A DNA stretch of 64,000 nucleotides from the human T2T-CHM13v2.0 reference genome, Homo sapiens. The stretch lies in NCBI RefSeq assembly GCF_009914755.1, contig NC_060925.1; one strand, written 5' to 3'. The notes beneath the pieces are model-generated. The model saw only the letters and a list, made by a program, of their open reading frames with translations, did no database searches and was not told the origin of the DNA. Shown here one piece after another: positions 14,535 through 28,888 of this stretch; the first letter of the stretch is position 1; the number at the start of each line of letters is the position of its first letter. A program made the position numbers and the translations under genes.

Positions 14535-16310
14535 ATGGAATCGTCATCGAATGAATTGAATGCAATCATCGAATGGTCTCGAATGGAATCATCTTCTAAT
14601 GGAAAGGAATGGAATCATCGCATAGAATCGAATGGAATTATCATCGAATGGAATCGAATGGTATCAACACCAAACGGAAAAAAACGGAATTATCGAATGG
14701 AATCGAAGAGAATCTTCGAACGGACCCGAATGGAATCATCTAATGGAATGGAATGGAATAATCCATGGACTCGAATGCAATCATCATCGAATGGAATGGA
14801 ATGGAATCATCGAATGGACTCGAATGGAATAATCATTGAACGGAATCGAATGGAATCATCATCGGATGGAAACGAATGGAATCATCATCGAATGGAAATG
14901 AAAGGAGTCATCATCTAATGGAATTGCATGGAATCATCATCAAATGGAATCGAATGGAATCAACATCAAATGGAATCAAATGGAATCATTGAACGGAATT
15001 GAATGGAATCGTCATCGAATGAATTGACTGCAATCATCGAATGGTCTCGAATGGAATCATCTTCAAATGGAATGGAATGGAATCATCGCATAGAATCGAA
15101 TGGAATTATCATCGAATGGAATCGAATGGAATCAACATCAAACGGAAAAAAACGGAATTATCGAATGGAATCAAAGAGAATCATCGAATGGACCCGAATG
15201 GAATCATCTAATGGAATGGAATGGAATAATCCATGGACTCGAATGCAATCATCATCGAATGGAATCGAATGGAATCATCGAATGGACTCGAATGGAATAA
15301 TCATTGAACGGAATCGAATGGAATCATCATCGGATGGAAATGAATGGAATCATCATCGAATGGAATCGAATAGAATTATGGAATGAAATCCAGTGTGATC
15401 ATCATCGAATGGACCCGAATGGAATCATCATCCAACGGAAGCTAATGGAATCAACATCGAATGAATCGAATGGAAACACCATCGAATTGAAACGAATGGA
15501 ATTATCATGAAATTGAAATGGATGGACTCATCATCGAATGGATTCGAATGGAATCATCGAATAAAATTGATTGAAATCATCATCCAATGGAATCGAATGG
15601 TATCATTGAATGGAATCGAATGGAATCATCATCAGATGGAAATGAATGGAATCGTCATAGAATGGAATCGAATGGATTCATTGAATGGAATCAGATGGAA
15701 TCATCGAATGGACTGGAATGGAATCATTGAATGGACTCGAAAGGGATCATGATTGAATGGAATTGAATGGAATCATCGAATGGTCTCGATTGGAATCATT
15801 ATCAAATGGAATCGAATGGAATCACCGAATAGAATCGAATGGAACAATCATCGAATGGACTCAAATGGAATTATCCTCCAATGGAATCGAATGGAATTAT
15901 CGAATGCAATCGAATGGAATTATCGAATGCAATCGAATAGAATCATCGAATGGACTCGAATGGAATCATCGAATGGAATGGAATGGAACAGTCAATGAAC
16001 TCGAATGGAATCATCATTGAATGGAATCGAATGGAATCATCGAGTGGAATCGAATGGAATTATGATCAAATGGAATCGAATGTAATCATCATCAAATGGA
16101 ATCAAAAATAACCATCATCAATTGGTATTGAATGGAATTGTCATCAAATGGAATTCAAAGGAATCATCATCAAATGGAACCGAATGGAATCCTCATTGAA
16201 TGGAAATGAAAGGGGTCATCATCTAATGGAATCGCATGGAATCATCATCAAATGGAATCCAATGGAATCATCATCAAATGGAATCTAATGGAATCATTGA
16301 ACAGAATTGA
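14535..16310 (+). repeat. Representative full-length 1776-bp unit (subrepeat A, 468 bp; subrepeat B; then a unique-within-unit segment C)
   Basis: Anchor ATGGAATCGTCATCGAATGAATTGAATGC at 14535 and the next one at 16311. Single-copy landmarks within the unit include GAAATCCAGTGTGATC, CCAACGGAAGCT, CTCGAAAGGGATC, GGAACAGTC, GAATTCAAAGG and GAAAGGGGTC. Confidence 0.95.
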
Positions 16311-19300
16311 ATGGAATCGTCATCGAATGAATTGAATGCAATCATCGAATGGTCTCGAATGGAATCATCTTCTAATGGAAAGGAATGGAATCATCGCATA
16401 GAATCGAATGGAATTATCATCGAATGGAATCGAATGGTATCAACACCAAACGGAAAAAAACGGAATTATCGAATGGAATCGAAGAGAATCTTCGAACGGA
16501 CCCGAATGGAATCATCTAATGGAATGGAATGGAATAATCCATGGACTCGAATGCAATCATCATCGAATGGAATCGAATGGAATCATCGAATGGACTCGAA
16601 TGGAATAATCATTGAACGGAATCGATTGGAATCATCATCGGATGGAAACGAATGGAATCATCATCGAATGGAAATGAAAGGAGTCATCATCTAATGGAAT
16701 TGCATGGAATCATCATAAAATGGAATCGAATGGAATCAACATCAAATGGAATCAAATGGAATCATTGAACGGAATTGAATGGAATCGTCATCGAATGAAT
16801 TGACTGCAATCATCCAATGGTCTCGAATGGAATCATCTTCAAATGGAATGGAATGGAATCATCGCATAGAATCGAATGGAATTATCATCGAATGGAATCG
16901 AATGGAATCAACATCCAACGGAAAAAAACGGAATTATCGAATGGAATCGAAGAGAATCATCGAATGGACCCGAATGGAATCATCTAATGGAATGGAATGG
17001 AATAATCCATGGACTCGAATGCAATCATCATCCAATGGAATCAAATGGAATCATCGAATGGACTCGAATGGAATAATCATTGAACGGAATCGAATGGAAT
17101 CATCATCGGATGGAAATGAATGGAATCATCATCGAATGGAATCGAATAGAATTATGGAATGAAATCCAGTGTGATCATCATCGAATGGACCCGAATGGAA
17201 TCATCATCCAACGGAAGCTAATGGAATCAACATCGAATGAATCAAATGGAAACACCATCGAATTGAAACGAATGGAATTATCATGAAATTGAAATGGATG
17301 GTCTCATCATCGAATGGATTCGAATGGAATCATCGAATAAAATTGATTGAAATCATCATCGAATGGAATCGAATGGTATCATTGAATGGAATCGAATGGA
17401 ATCATCATCAGATGGAAATGAATGGAATCGTCATAGAATGGAATCGAATGGATTCATTGAATGGAATCAGATGGAATCATCGAATGGACTGGAATGGAAT
17501 CATTGAATGGACTCGAAAGGGATCATGATTGAATGGAATTGAATGGAATCATCGAATGGTCTCGATTGGAATCATTATCAAATGGAATCGAATGGAATCA
17601 CCGAATAGAATCGAATGGAATTATCATCGAATGGAATCGAATGGAATTATCCTCCAATGGAATGGAATGGAATTATCGAATGCAATCGAATGGAATTATC
17701 GAATGCAATCGAATAGAATCATCGAATGGACTCGAATGGAATCATCGAATGGAATGCAATGGAACAGTCAATGAACTCGAATGGAATCATCATTGAATGG
17801 AATCGAATGGAATCATCGAGTGGAATCGAATGGAATTATGATCAAATGGAATCGAATGTAATCATCATCAAACGGAATCAAAAATAACCATCATCAATTG
17901 GTATTGAATGGAATTGTCATCAAATGGAATTCAAAGGAATCATCATCAAATGGAACCGAATGGAATCCTCATTGAATGGAAATGAAAGGGGTCATCATCT
18001 AATGGAATCGCATGGAATCATCATCAAATGGAATCGAATGGAATCATCATCAAATGGAATCTAATGGAATCATTGAACAGAATTGAATGGAATCGTCATC
18101 GAATGAATTGAATGCAATCATCGAATGGTCTCGAATGGAATCATCTTCTAATGGAAAGGAATGGAATCATCGCATAGAATCGAATGCAACTATCATCGAA
18201 TGGAATCGAATGGTATCAACACCAAACGGAAAAAAACGGAATTATCGAATGGAATCGAAGAGAATCTTCGAACGGACCCGAATGGAATCATCTAATGGAA
18301 TGGAATGGAATAATCCATGGACTCGAATGCAATCATCATCGAATGGAATCGAATGGAATCATCGAATGGACTCGAATGGAATAATCATTGAACGGAATCG
18401 ATTGGAATCATCATCGGATGGAAACGAATGGAATCATCATCGAATGGAAATGAAAGGAGTCATCATCTAATGGAATTGCATGGAATCATCATAAAATGGA
18501 ATCGAATGGAATCAACATCAAATGGAATCAAATGGAATCATTGAACGGAATTGAATGGAATCGTCATCGAATGAATTGACTGCAATCATCCAATGGTCTC
18601 GAATGGAATCATCTTCAAATGGAATGGAATGGAATCATCGCATAGAATCGAATGGAATTATCATCGAATGGAATCGAATGGAATCAACATCCAACGGAAA
18701 AAAACGGAATTATCTAATGGAATCGAAGAGAATCATCGAATGGACCCGAATGGAATCATCTAATGGAATGGAATGGAATAATCCATGGACTCGAATGCAA
18801 TCATCATCGAATGGAATCGAATGGAATCATCGAATGGACTCGAATGGAATAATCATTGAACGGAATCGAATGGAATCATCATCGGATGGAAATGAATGGA
18901 ATCATCATCGAATGGAATCGAATAGAATTATGGAATGAAATCCAGTGTGATCATCATCGAATGGACCCGAATGGAATCATCATCCAACGGAAGCTAATGG
19001 AATCAACATCGAATGAATCGAATGGAAACACCATCGAATTGAAACGAATGGAATTATCATGAAATTGAAATGGATGGACTCATCATCGAATGGATTCGAA
19101 TGGAATCATCGAATAAAATTGATTGAAATCATCATCGAATGGAGTCGAATGGTATCATTGAATGGAATCGAATGGAATCATCATCAGATGGAAATGAATG
19201 GAATCGTCATAGAATGGAATCGAATGGATTCATTGAATGGAATCAGATGGAATCATCGAATGGACTGGAATGGAATCATTGAATGGACTCGAAAGGGATC

Positions 19301-22300
19301 ATGATTGAATGGAATTGAATGGAATCATCGAATGGTCTCGATTGGAATCATTATCAAATGGAATCGAATGGAATCACCGAATAGAATCGAATGGAACAAT
19401 CATCGAATGGACTCAAATGGAATTATCCTCCAATGGAATCGAATGGAATTATCGAATGCAATCGAATGGAATTATCGAATGCAATCGAATAGAATCATCG
19501 AAAGGACTCGAATGGAATCATCGAATGGAATGGAATGGAACAGTCAATGAACTCGAATGGAATCATCATTGAATGGAATCGAATGGAATCATCGAGTGGA
19601 ATCGAATGGAATTATGATCAAATGGAATCGAATGTAATCATCATCAAATGGAATCAAAATTAACCATCATCAATTGGTATTGAATGGAATTGTCATCAAA
19701 TGGAATTCAAAGGAATCATCATCAAATGGAACCGAATGGAATCCTCATTGAATGGAAATGAAAGGGGTCATCATCTAATGGAATCGCATGGAATCATCAT
19801 CAAATGGAATCGAATGGAATCATCATCAAATGGAATCTAATGGAATCATTGAACAGAATTGAATGGAATCGTCATCGAATGAATTGAATGCAATCATCGA
19901 ATGGTCTCGAATGGAATCATCTTCTAATGGAAAGGAATGGAATCATCGCATAGAATCGAATGGAATTATCATCGAATGGAATCGAATGGTATCAACACCA
20001 AACGGAAAAAAACGGAATTATCGAATGGAATCGAAGAGATTCTTCGAACGGACCCGAATGGAATCATCTAATGGAATGGAATGGAATAATCCATGGACTC
20101 GAATGCAATCATCATCGAATGGAATGGAATGGAATCATCGAATGGACTCGAATGGAATAATCATTGAACGGAATCGAATGGAATCATCATCGGATGGAAA
20201 CGAATGGAATCATCATCGAATGGAAATGAAAGGAGTCATCATCTAATGGAATTGCATGGAATCATCATAAAATGGAATCGAATGGAATCAACATCAAATG
20301 GAATCAAATGGAATCATTGAACGGAATTGAATGGAATCGTCATCGAATGAATTGACTGCAATCATCGAATGGTCTCGAATGGAATCATCTTCAAATGGAA
20401 TGGAATGGAATCATCGCATAGAATCGAATGGAATTATCATCGAATGGAATCGAATGGAATCAACATCCAACGGAAAAAAACGGAATTATCGAATGGAATC
20501 GAAGAGAATCATCGAATGGACCCGAATGGAATCATCTAATGGAATGGAATGGAATAATCCATGGACTCGAATGCAATCATCATCGAATGGAATCGAATGG
20601 AATCATCGAATGGACTCGAATGGAATAATCATTGAACGGAATCGAATGGAATCATCATCGGATGGAAATGAATGGAATCATCATCGAATGGAATCGAATA
20701 GAATTATGGAATGAAATCCAGTGTGATCATCATCGAATGGACCCGAATGGAATCATCATCCAACGGAAGCTAATGGAATCAACATCGAATGAATCGAATG
20801 GAAACACCATCGAATTGAAACGAATGGAATTATCATGAAATTGAAATGGATGGACTCATCATCGAATGGATTCGAATGGAATCATCGAATAAAATTGATT
20901 GAAATCATCATCGAATGGAATCGAATGGTATCATTGAATGGAATCGAATGGAATCATCATCAGATGGAAATGAATGGAATCGTCATAGAATGGAATCGAA
21001 TGGATTCATTGAATGGAATCAGATGGAATCATCGAATGGACTGGAATGGAATCATTGAATGGACTCGAAAGGGATCATTATTGAATGGAATTGAATGGAA
21101 TCATCGAATGGTCTCAATTGGAATCATTATCAAATGGAATCGAATGGAATCACCGAATAGAATCGAATGGAACAATCATCGAATGGACTCAAATGGAATT
21201 ATCCTCAAATGGAATCGAATGGAATTATCGAATGCAATCGGATGGAATTATCGAATGCAATCGAATAGAATCATCGAATGGACTCGAATGGAATCATCGA
21301 ATGGAATGGAATGGAACAGTCAATGAACTCGAATGGAATCATCATTGAATGGAATCGAATGGAATCATCGAGTGGAATCGAATGGAATTATGATCAAATG
21401 GAATCGAATGTAATCATCATCAAATGGAATCAAAAATAACCATCATCAATTGGTATTGAATGGAATTGTCATCAAATGGAATTCAAAGGAATCATCATCA
21501 AATGGAACCGAATGGAATCCTCATTGAATGGAAATGAAAGGGGTCATCATCTAATGGAATCGCATGGAATCATCATCAAATGGAATCGAATGGAATCATC
21601 ATCAAATGGAATCTAATGGAATCATTGAACAGAATTGAATGGAATCGTCATCGAATGAATTGAATGCAATCATCGAATGGTCTCGAATGGAATCATCTTC
21701 TAATGGAAAGGAATGGAATCATCGCATAGAATCGAATGGAATTATCATCGAATGGAATCGAATGCTATCAACACCAAACGGAAAAAAACGGAATTATCGA
21801 ATGGAATCGAAGAGAATCTTCGAACGGACCCGAATGGAATCATCTAATGGAATGGAATGGAATAATCCATGGACTCGAATGCAATCATCATCGAATGGAA
21901 TGGAATGGAATCATCGAATGGACTCGAATGGAATAATCATTGAACGGAATCGAATGGAATCATCATCGGATGGAAACGAATGGAATCATCATCGAATGGA
22001 AATGAAAGGAGTCATCATCTAATGGAATTGCATGGAATCATCATAAAATGGAATCGAATGGAATCAACATCAAATGGAATCAAATGGAATCATTGAACGG
22101 AATTGAATGGAATCGTCATCGAATGAATTGACTGCAATCATCGAATGGTCTCGAATGGAATCATCTTCAAATGGAATGGAATGGAATCATCGCATAGAAT
22201 CGAATGGAATTATCATCGAATGGAATCGAATGGAATCAACATCAAACGGAAAAAAACGGAATTATCGAATGGAATCGAAGAGAATCATCGAATGGACCCG

Positions 22301-25190
22301 AATGGAATCATCTAATGGAATGGAATGGAATAATCCATGGACTCGAATGCAATCATCATCGAATGGAATCGAATGGAATCATCGAATGGACTCGAATGGA
22401 ATAATCATTGAACGGAATCGAATGGAATCATCATCGGATGGAAATGAATGGAATCATCATCGAATGGAATCGAATAGAATTATGGAATGAAATCCAGTGT
22501 GATCATCATCGAATGGACCCGAATGGAATCATCATCCAACGGAAGCTAATGGAATCAACATCGAATGAATCGAATGGAAACACCATCGAATTGAAACGAA
22601 TGGAATTATCATGAAATTGAAATGGATGGACTCATCATCGAATGGATTCGAATGGAATCATCGAATAAAATTGATTGAAATCATCATCCAATGGAATCGA
22701 ATGGTATCATTGAATGGAATCGAATGGAATCATCATCAGATGGAAATGAATGGAATCGTCATAAAATGGAATCGAATGGATTCATTGAATGGAATCAGAT
22801 GGAATCATCGAATGGACTGGAATGGAATCATTGAATGGACTCGAAAGGGATCATTATTGAATGGAATTGAATGGAATCATCGAATGGTCTCGATTGGAAT
22901 CATTATCAAATGGAATCGAATGGAATCACCGAATAGAATCGAATGGAACAATCATCGAATGGACTCAAATGGAATTATCCTCAAATGGAATCGAATGGAA
23001 TTATCGAATGCAATCGAATGGAATTATCGAATGCAATCGAATAGAATCATCGAATGGACTCGAATGGAATCATCGAATGGAATGGAATGGAACAGTCAAT
23101 GAACTCGAATGGAATCATCATTGAATGGAATCGAATGGAATCATCGAGTGGAATCGAATGGAATTATGATCAAATGGAATCGAATGTAATCATCATCAAA
23201 TGGAATCAAAAATAACCATCATCAATTGGTATTGAATGGAATTGTCATCAAATGGAATTCAAAGGAATCATCATCAAATGGAACCGAATGGAATCCTCAT
23301 TGAATGGAAATGAAAGGGGTCATCATCTAATGGAATCGCATGGAATCATCATCAAATGGAATCGAATGGAATCATCATCAAATGGAATCTAATGGAATCA
23401 TTGAACAGAATTGAATGGAATCGTCATCGAATGAATTGAATGCAATCATCGAATGGTCTCGAATGGAATCATCTTCTAATGGAAAGGAATGGAATCATCG
23501 CATAGAATCGAATGGAATTATCATCGAATGGAATCGAATGGTATCAACACCAAACGGAAAAAAACGGAATTATCGAATGGAATCGAAGAGAATCTTCGAA
23601 CGGACCCGAATGGAATCATCTAATGGAATGGAATGGAATAATCCATGGACTCGAATGCAATCATCATCGAATGGAATCGAATGGAATCATCGAATGGACT
23701 CGAATGGAATAATCATTGAACGGAATCGAATGGAATCATCATCGGATGGAAACGAATGGAATCATCATCGAATGGAAATGAAAGGAGTCATCATCTAATG
23801 GAATTGCATGGAATCATCATAAAATGGAATCGAATGGAATCAACATCAAATGGAATCAAATGGAATCATTGAACGGAATTGAATGGAATCGTCATCGAAT
23901 GAATTGACTGCAATCATCGAATGGTCTCGAATGGAATCATCTTCAAATGGAATGGAATGGAATCATCGCATAGAATCGAATGGAATTATCATCGAATGGA
24001 ATCGAATGGAATCAACATCCAACGGAAAAAAACGGAATTATCGAATGGAATCGAAGAGAATCATCGAATGGACCCGAATGGAATCATCTAATGGAATGGA
24101 ATGGAATAATCCATGGACTCGAATGCAATCATCATCCAATGGAATCGAATGGAATCATCGAATGGACTCGAATGGAATAATCATTGAACGGAATCGAATG
24201 GAATCATCATCGGATGGAAATGAATGGAATCATCATCGAATGGAATCGAATAGAATTATGGAATGAAATCCAGTGTGATCATCATCGAATGGACCCGAAT
24301 GGAATCATCATCCAACGGAAGCTAATGGAATCAACATCGAATGAATCGAATGGAAACACCATCGAATTGAAACGAATGGAATTATCATGAAATTGAAATG
24401 GATGGACTCATCATCGAATGGATTCGAATGGAATCATCGAATAAAATTGATTGAAATCATCATCAAATGGAATCGAATGGTATCATTGAATGGAATCGAA
24501 TGGAATCATCATCAGATGGAAATGAATGGAATCGTCATAGAATGGAATCGAATGGATTCATTGAATGGAATCAGATGGAATCATCGAATGGACTGGAATG
24601 GAATCATTGAATGGACTCGAAAGGGATCATTATTGAATGGAATTGAATGGAATCATCGAATGGTCTCGATTGGAATCATTATCAAATGGAATCGAATGGA
24701 ATCACCGAATAGAATCGAATGGAACAATCATCGAATGGACTCAAATGGAATTATCCTCCAATGGAATCGAATGGAATTATCGAATGCAATCGAATGGAAT
24801 TATCGAATGCAATCGAATAGAATCATCGAATGGACTCGAATGGAATCATCGAATGGAATGGAATGGAACAGTCAATGAACTCGAATGGAATCATCATTGA
24901 ATGGAATCGAATGGAATCATCGAATGGAATCGAATGGAATTATGATCAAATGGAATCGAATATAATCATCATCAAATGGAATCAAAAATAACCATCATCA
25001 ATTGGTATTGAATGGAATTCTCATCAAATGGAATTCAAAGGAGTCATCATCAAATGGAACTGAATGGAATCCTCATTGAATGGAAATGAAAGGGGTCATC
25101 ATCTAATGGAATCGCATGGAATCATCATCAAATGGAATCGAATGGAATCATCATCAAATGGAATCTGATGGAATCATTGAACAGAATTGA

Positions 25191-27112
25191 ATGGAATCGT
25201 CATCGAATGAATTGAATGCAATCATCGAATGGTCTCGAATGTAATCACATTCTAATGGAAAGGAATGGAATCATCGCATAGAATCGAATGGAATTAACAT
25301 TGAATGGACTCGAATGGAATCAACATCAAACGGAATCAAGCGGAATTATCGAATGGAATCGAAGAGAATCATCGAATGGTCTCGAATGGAATCATCTTCT
25401 AATGGAAAGGAATGGAATCATCGCATAGAATCGAATGGAATTAACATTGAATGGACTCGAATGGAATCAACATCAAATGGAATCAAACGGAATTATCGAA
25501 TGAAATCGAAGAGAATCATTGAATGGACTCGAATGGAATCATCTAATGGAATGGAATGGAATAATCCACGGACTCGAATGCAATCATCATCGTATAGAAT
25601 CGAATGGAATCATCGAATGGACTCGAATGGAATAACCATTGAACGGAATCGAATGGAATCATCATCGGATGGAAACGAATGGAATCATCATCGAATGGAA
25701 ATGAAAGGAGTCATCATCTAATGGAATTGCATGGAATCATCATAAAATGGAATCGAATGGAATCAACATCAAATGGAATCAAATGGAATCATTGAACGGA
25801 ATTGAATGGAATCGTCTCGAATGAATTGACTGCAATCATCGAATGGTCTCGAATGGAATCATCTTCAAATGGAATGGAATGGAATCATCGCATAGAATCG
25901 AATGGAATTATCATCGAATGGAATCGAATGGAATCAACATCAAACGGAAAAAAACGGAATTATCAAATGGAATCGAAGAGAATCATCGAATGGACCCGAA
26001 TGGAATCATCTAATGGAATGGAATGGAATAATCCATGGACTCGAATGCAATCATCATCGAATGGAATCGAATGGAATCATCGAATGGACTCGAATGGAAT
26101 AATCATTGAACGGAATCGAATGGAATCATCATCGGATGGAAATGAATGGAATCATCATCGAATGGAATCGAATAGAATTATGGAATGAAATCCAGTGTGA
26201 TCATCATCGAATGGACCCGAATGGAATCATCATCCAACGGAAGCTAATGGAATCAACATCGAATGAATCAAATGGAAACACCATCGAATTGAAACGAATG
26301 GAATTATCATGAAATTGAAATGGATGGACTCATCATCGAATGGATTCGAATGGAATCATCGAATAAAATTGATTGAAATCATCATCGAATGGAATCGAGT
26401 GGTATCATTGAATGGAATCGAATGGAATCAACATCAGATGGAAATGAATGGAATCGTCATAGAATGGAATCGAATGGATTCATTGAATGGAATCAGATGG
26501 AATCATCGAATGGACTGGAATGGAATCATTGAATGGACTCGAAAGGGATCATGATTGAATGGAATTGAATGGAATCATCGAATGGTCTCGATTGGAATCA
26601 TTATCAAATGGAATCGAATGGAATCACCGAATAGAATCGAATGGAACAATCATCGAATGGACTCAAATGGAATTATCCTCAAATGGAATCGAATGGAATT
26701 ATCGAATGCAATCGAATGGAATTATCGAATGCAATCGAATAGAATCATCGAATGGACTCGAATGGAATCATCGAATGGAATGGAATGGAACAGTCAATGA
26801 ACTCGAATGGAATCATCATTGAATGGAATCGAATGGAATCATCGAGTGGAATCGAATGGAATTATGATCAAATGGAATCGAATGTAATCATCATCAAATG
26901 GAATCAAAAATAACCATCATCAATTGGTATTGAATGGAATTGTCATCAAATGGAATTCAAAGGAATCATCATCAAATGGAACCGAATGGAATCCTCATTG
27001 AATGGAAATGAAAGGGGTCATCATCTAATGGAATCGCATGGAATCATCATCAAATGGAATCGAATGGAATCATCATCAAATGGAATCTAATGGAATCATT
27101 GAACAGAATTGA
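25191..27112 (+). repeat. Expanded 1922-bp variant unit (147-bp tandem duplication of a divergent segment, plus a 1-bp deletion)
   Basis: GGTCTC landmarks occur at 25231 and 25378 (147 apart). Subrepeat B starts at 25806 instead of 25659. ATCGTCTCGA at ~25811 lacks one A. Confidence 0.9.
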
Positions 27113-28888
27113 ATGGAATCGTCATCGAATGAATTGAATGCAATCATCGAATGGTCTCGAATGGAATCATCTTCTAATGGAAAGGAATGGAATCATCACA
27201 TAGAATCGAATGGAATTATCATCGAATGGAATCGAATTGTATCAACACCAAACGGAAAAAAACGGAATTATCGAATGGAATCGAAGAGAATCTTCGAACG
27301 GACCCGAATGGAATCATCTAATGGAATGGAATGGAATAATCCATGGACTCGAATGCAATCATCATCGAATGGAATCGAATGGAATCATCGAATGGACTCG
27401 AATGGAATAATCATTGAACGGAATCGAATGGAATCATCATCGGATGGAAACGAATGGAATCATGATCGAATGGAAATGAAAGGAGTCATCATCTAATGGA
27501 ATTGCATGGAATCATCATAAAATGGAATCGAATGGAATCAACATCAAATGGAATCAAATGGAATCATTGAACGGAATTGAATGGAATCGTCATCGAATGA
27601 ATTGACTGCAATCATCGAATGGTCTCGAATGGAATCATGTTCAAATGGAATGGAATGGAATCATCGCATAGAATCGAATGGAATTATCATCGAATGGAAT
27701 CGAATGGAATCAACATCCAACGGAAAAAAACGGAATTATCGAATGGAATCGAAGAGAATCATCGAATGGACCCGAATGGAATCATCTAATGGAATGGAAT
27801 GGAATAATCCATGGACTCGAATGCAATCATCATCGAATGGAATCGAATGGAATCATCGAATGGACTCGAATGGAATAATCATTGAACGGAATCGAATGGA
27901 ATCATCATCGGATGGAAATGAATGGAATCATCATCGAATGGAATCGAATAGAATTATGGAATGAAATCCAGTGTGATCATCATCGAATGGACCCGAATGG
28001 AATCATCATCCAACGGAAGCTAATGGAATCAACATCGAATGAATCGAATGGAAACACCATCGAATTGAAACGAATGGAATTATCATGAAATTGAAATGGA
28101 TGGACTCATCATCGAATGGATTCGAATGGAATCATCGAATAAAATTGATTGAAATCATCATCAAATGGAATCGAATGGTATCATTCAATGGAATCGAATG
28201 GAATCATCATCAGATGGAAATGAATGGAATCGTCATAGAATGGAATCGAATGGATTCATTGAATGGAATCAGATGGAATCATCGAATGGACTGGAATGGA
28301 ATCATTGAATGGACTCGAAAGGGATCATTATTGAATGGAATTGAATGGAATCATCGAATGGTCTCGATTGGAATCATTATCAAATGGAATCGAATGGAAT
28401 CACCGAATAGAATCGAATGGAACAATCATCGAATGGACTCAAATGGAATTATCCTCCAATGGAATCGAATGGAATTATCGAATGCAATCGAATGGAATTA
28501 TCGAATGCAATCGAATAGAATCATCGAATGGACTCGAATGGAATCATCGAATGGAATGGAATGGAACAGTCAATGAACTCGAATGGAATCATCATTGAAT
28601 GGAATCGAATGGAATCATCGAATGGAATCGAATGGAATTATGATCAAATGGAATCGAATATAATCATCATCAAATGGAATCAAAAATAACCATCATCAAT
28701 TGGTATTGAATGGAATTCTCATCAAATGGAATTCAAAGGAGTCATCATCAAATGGAACTGAATGGAATCCTCATTGAATGGAAATGAAAGGGGTCATCAT
28801 CTAATGGAATCGCATGGAATCATCATCAAATGGAATCGAATGGAATCATCATCAAATGGAATCTGATGGAATCATTGAACAGAATTGA

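Noticed and set aside
25221-25367. 147-bp insertion as nucleosome-length selection
   Set aside because: 147 equals three 49-bp (23+26) sub-periods, and the other indels (713, 26, 5, 4, 1 bp) show no such pattern. It is retained only as a side note.
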